Below, one piece after another: positions 59,050-64,000 of a stretch of DNA of 64,000 nucleotides (its first letter is position 1; the number at the start of each line of letters is the position of its first letter). Made by a program: the position numbers and the translations under genes. The DNA is taken from assembly GCA_951406725.2 (NCBI GenBank), contig OX597821.1:15252001-15316000 (forward strand), read 5' to 3'. The notes beneath the pieces were generated by a model. It ran no database searches and was not told where the DNA came from. It was given only the letters and a program-made list of their open reading frames with translations. Source of the DNA: Octopus vulgaris (Eukaryota).

Positions 59050-59462
59050 GTATTCAGTTTTATTTTAAAATTTCTTGCTAATAGAGAAAGAACCGGTTTC
59101 TAACCTAAATACAAGGCTCCTTCAATGGAATTTCAGCATCAACAACAAGGTATTTTTGTATGTATGTATGTATGCATGTATTTATGTATGTATGTATATG
59201 TGCAAATTTGTATGTTTTGTTTTAAATATGTTTTCTCCTGCATATATTTGCATATCTTGACATTCTCATATATACTTAAATGATAACCTTTTTTTAGACT
59301 TTTACAGACTTTTACAGTTCCAGTGATGGACTGCATCTGTAGTCTTCGAATCAGCTTTCCCCTTTCTGATTTTGAGAATTCTGATTTGGTAATGTAGGCA
59401 GTGTGTTACATATCCCAGTGCACCAATAATTACAGGTATAAATCTGAATTTGTAATCTGGAT
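59050..59462 (-). mobile_element. R4/Dong-like 3' fragment
   Basis: YPDYKFRFIPVIIGALGYV; homologous to 4691-5070. Confidence 0.85.
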
Positions 59463-61379
59463 ATGTATGCATGTGTTGGTAAAAAAAACAACAGTCAGAG
59501 AATATAACTAACTCATAAAGCATGTTTTTTTGTTTATCATAGTCCAAAAAGGAAAATTGTTATAAAAACAGAGAAATACAATGGAGATGGGCTGTATCTT
59601 CATTGAAGACACGTAGGAACTCACAATGTAACACACACGAACGTTTAAAAATATACAGCTAACAGACATCAAAATAACGAAAGTACGAAACTATATCCAC
59701 TTGCAAGCCAATATTGCTTAAGGAAATATAGCTAAAGAGACTTTTAATACTCAGAATGAAAGAATGGAAAAAGATAGTAATAAACACATAAGTTATAAAA
59801 ATCTCTCTCTTCTCCACATCACTGAATTTTCTCCCCACTCTCTCTCTCTCTCTTTAAATGAAACATTTTATTTCTCATTCACTTGGAGTATATATTGATT
59901 TCATTCTAAGTCTCTATCTTAATCCATCGCTTTAAGATGAGATGGTGTCAGTTTACCGCGTTCTATGTACAGCAGCAATATCTGTTTTATCGACTTCACA
60001 ACATACAAAGCAAATGTATATCTCAGTTCTATGTGGTAACCACAGAGTATTTGAGCAGTCGCATCGACAATTTAAGGTTATGTACCTCGTGTCTCCATCC
60101 AGATCTATAAAGTCCTTACTCGCTGTGTTAAGAATTCTTACACTGATTACAGGGCTTAGATGAAACTGTTGCAAAATATTTCATTAAGCTACGCGACATC
60201 GCATGCTGTCGCACACACAAATATATACTTGGCACGTTTACACAAACACACACACACACACACACATAAACAACATATTTATGTCTCGTGTATTTATTGA
60301 TGAATAGGTGGTAATTGATGGCTGAACAAAAATAAATGTTTTATAGTATATAACCTGCCGACTTTACGTATTTATTCTCGTTAATATAGCCGTTCATTAA
60401 ATAGAGACTGATAAAATAAACAAACAAATTACAGGTGGTGGGGAGGCACAAAAATGTCGTCTTAATTTCTGAATAATTAAGTGTAGCTTTGTTTTCTTTA
60501 TACAAAAATTAAAAAGTAAATTAACGTTTGGTAATGCGCACTACAGTAAGCTGTTGCAATTATCATAGAACAAAGCAGTAATCAAAAACCTGTTGATAAA
60601 CTCAACAATTATTGGAATCTCAGCAAAGGCAACGAGTAATGTGCTAATCAGGAAGCGAACCTTAATTGAAAGAACTAATTTGAAATGTCGTCGTGACTTC
60701 AGAGAAGCATTTTTCAAACACCGATACATACTGATATAAACATATATCTTATTGCTTTGATTAACCTTATGAGATATTAGCTAAGCTTTTACGGTCTGTA
60801 ATTAGATGGTGTACTCATGATTATTAATTTAGTTTATGATGGGTCTTAATTTTCTCACGATCTTTCCCTTATATTATTTCCAGGAACTGAATTAAAATAC
60901 TATAACTAGCTTTTCCCTAGCTTGCAGATGCATTTTACTTTACTAATTTCGAATAAAAGTCATATAATTTTGTTGATTAATCAACTGCAATTCATTACTG
61001 TTACGCATAACTTTTAAATTGCAAGTAAAGAGAAAATTATAGAAATCTCACTTTAAATAAGTCTTAATGACTTAATTTACAGATACATTGAATGTGACAA
61101 GTGTTAACAGCCATTGAAGATGTGTTTAATTCAACAGCAACAGGTCTTAGGTCAAGGCTCTTCACACCTGTTACTCCTGTATGCTTAAATTAATAAATCA
61201 ATTTATTAGTAAGATAGTGGAAATGCTGTAATATAATATAGATCTACCTCCACCCTCGTGGCACAGTGTGGGGTAGATATAGTGTAAGGCCAGAATTTAC
61301 AAAATGACATCTTTCAGAAACATGTATGATCATACCTGTTCAAGTTCCGTATCCTGCAATAACCGGAAGCGTGTCAGAG

Positions 61380-61499
61380 GATATATTCTTATTCCACTTG
61401 ATCTCGCTTCTAAATATATCTGATTAGCATATATATTTATATACATACATAGAGATACGTAATAAACATAATATTATATGAGTATATAAATACATATCC

Positions 61500-61532
<33 letters not shown>

Positions 61533-62140
61533 CTTCTTTCTATTAATATTTTTTATTAATGATCGTATATATCCCACTTAATCCGATATGGGCATGAAAG
61601 CATACAGGTTCACATTGCATATATGTATGCTGTCGATTAGTTTGAGAAAAAACTCGAGAAGGAAAGGACTTTGTTCGAATATATTCTACCAACGCCTTAG
61701 ACTACATTGTTTAGCATAAGCCTGTCTAGTTTTTAAAACAGTGAAGTGTGATTTGCGCAAATAGTAAACTGCTATTTTCAGTTGGTCTGGCGGTCATGTG
61801 AAGCCACATTAGCAGCAGCTATGTACATTTCGCAATATGCTTTTCTCTTTCCTTTTGAGAACGATGTCTTATTCAACGATAAAACATGGTTTGAGGAGGG
61901 ATTAGGTTGCTATTTTTTAAAAATATCTAGCAACCACTTAGATACCTGTACGGGAATTGAAGTATCTTTTTTTTTTTTATCTGGAAGCTTCTATCGGTAA
62001 GGATTTGTTTTATGCAGAAAATTTCGTTAGCATGAATAAAATTCGATGAACATAGAGAAAACTATCTTTTAAGGTGTGTCTGTATTACTGATATATTCTT
62101 ATTCCACTTGATCTCGCTTCTAAATATATCTGATTAGCAT
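61380..62140. repeat. Perfect 51-bp direct repeat pair (61380-61430 and 62090-62140)
   Basis: gatatattcttattccacttgatctcgcttctaaatatatctgattagcat occurs twice. Confidence 0.95.
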
Positions 62141-63297
62141 TGATATAAATGTAACTTGTAAGACATCGGGGAATCCATATATGTGCGTATAAATACATAT
62201 ATATATATATACTCGATCTTTCTACTGATACTGAGTTCTAGCATATATTTCAAACAGAATTAGCATTGGTGTCATGTTCAAAATATATTTCCACCATTTT
62301 CAATTATACATACCATAAGCCACCTGATAGTAAGATATAAATAGTAAGAAGTGCAATAATATTTCCTTTACACTGCAGTTTTACAAGTATTATGTAATAT
62401 TGATTTTTAAACTTGCTACAATTTTACACATTTTCTTATTGACAAGTGTAACTGTGTGTATGTATGTGTGCGTATGTATGCATGTGTGTATGTATGTGTC
62501 TATGTATGTGTGTGTATCTTGGGGTGGGTTTGTCGGTTAATTCTACCAACAAACCTGACTAGTGTTATAGATTTATAATCTCAGAAGGATGAAAAGTAAA
62601 CTTGACATCGCTAGGATTGAAACAGAATAAAATTGTCCGTAGCTAAACATTGGTTTTAAAGGTTGGCACTTTCGTTTCAATCAGATACATTGGTCCTAGT
62701 CTTCAAGTGGTGCGTATTTATCGACCCCAAAAGGATACAAGGCAAGGTCGAGCTCGACCGAATTCGATTTCAGAAGGTAAATATGGACAAAATGCTTCGC
62801 GGCATTTTGTCCGGCTGTTACCGATTCTGCAAACTCACCGAGTTATCTGTATCTAAATCTTGCAATAGAGTTGAGTTATCCCCACCCACTATCAGCAGCA
62901 AGAGGTATTACAGAATTATAGCGGGAGGAATCATACGATAATCGCTAGTCAAACCTAGCTTCATTGAGCAACGATCCTAGTCATTGTTAAAAGGTGTCTA
63001 CATACACACACAGACACACACACGCATACACACAAACACACACACACAAACACATCTGTATCTTGTACTTGTTTCAGCCACTTGGCTGCGGTCAAGAAGT
63101 CCGATATTTACACTATCAGGACTTCAACCTAGATGGATTTACACAGGATTGCACCTAAGAACTTACGGACTTACTTCTACACGATCGGGAATTTGAACGG
63201 TGAACTTTTATGCTTCTTTTTTCTTATTCCTTATTCCTTTATTTCTGTCCTGTATGTTGTCATTTCAGTAATCTATACCCTTCTAATTTTCCTATTT

Positions 63298-63353
63298 GTC
63301 TCCGATGATGGAATATCCCATAAACTTGGATATCCCAGAAACAGCTGTAAGAC
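63298..63353 (+). ncRNA. Type I hammerhead ribozyme motif in a (TA)n-abutting terminus (about 63100-63551)
   Basis: gtct CCGATGA tggaatatcc-cataaactt-ggatatccca GAAA cagctg TA agac. Confidence 0.8.
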
Positions 63354-63548
63354 TTTGAATTTTTTTCCAATAATAATAATGTATATGACTTGAGATGTTT
63401 CCCTTGGCTTAACTTTTGTTGTCTTCTTTAACAATTATATATCCGTTATATCGGAAATCTGCAATGGCTCCATGAATACCGTCTTGGCTATAACCTTGGA
63501 GCCGTTATAGCATCTACCTAGCGTACCGAATCGTTAAGTTCTCCTGTG

Positions 63549-63595
<47 letters not shown>

Positions 63596-63598
<3 letters not shown>

Positions 63599-63760
63599 GG
63601 AATTTACAGAAGATAAAAGACGAAGACAAGTGAAGAAAGAACAAGCAGGTTATTAGTTTGACACTCTTTGACGTTTGGAGCAGAAGCACTTCGAGAAAAA
63701 GAATGGAGAGGAGGAAAAGGGAGAGAGAACGAAAAAATCGAGAGAGAATACATGTCAAAA
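63596..63760 (-). mobile_element. Penelope-type terminus related to 1158-1338, with decayed hammerhead at 63666-63701
   Basis: Minus cttt TTCTCGA a gtgc-ttct-gctc CAAA cg TC aaag; abuts (TA)n. Confidence 0.55.
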
Positions 63761-64000
63761 TGCTTCCTGGTGAGGTGTGTGTGTATTTAGATGGAGTTGT
63801 CAGTTAATTCTATTTTCATACTTAATATGCAAGATAGTAAATGGACTTCACTAGACATTTTATTCAGAAACACTGCGCTAGTTTCACCTCACCATTCTCC
63901 CATACCTTACGTCTGAAGCACTGTACAGTCGTCTGTCATTATAGTTGCAGATGCATCCCGTCAGGTCTCTTTATGATAATTCTTCGTGCATAACTTGTAG

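Noticed and set aside
63463-63540. HDV-like ribozyme
   Set aside because: Only 8 nt between the candidate P2 and the P1 3' strand, too short for P3/L3

Overview
AT-rich, repeat-saturated eukaryotic non-coding DNA. The SINE families and microsatellite load point to an octopus (coleoid cephalopod) genome; this is inference. No host protein-coding gene can be supported, and nearly all listed ORFs are microsatellite artefacts. Contents: (i) about 25 copies of three tRNA-derived SINE families, labelled A, B and C here; (ii) a decayed Penelope-like element (RT + GIY-YIG) and at least eight Penelope-type termini with minimal type I hammerhead ribozyme motifs, including a family whose terminal repeat combines a tRNA-like Pol III promoter, (AAT)n and a hammerhead; (iii) a 2.3-kb ORF1-only (HAL1-like) L1/Tx1-type element inserted with a 13-bp TSD into a SINE that directly follows a U6 snRNA pseudogene; (iv) a CR1-type LINE with a twin-priming 5' inversion, whose 3' hairpins covary with the SINE-B tail; (v) R4/Dong-like, RTE and DD37D Tc1/mariner fragments, two non-autonomous Helitrons, a MITE, and long micro/minisatellites. 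All calls were made by eye. Boundaries of decayed elements are approximate.
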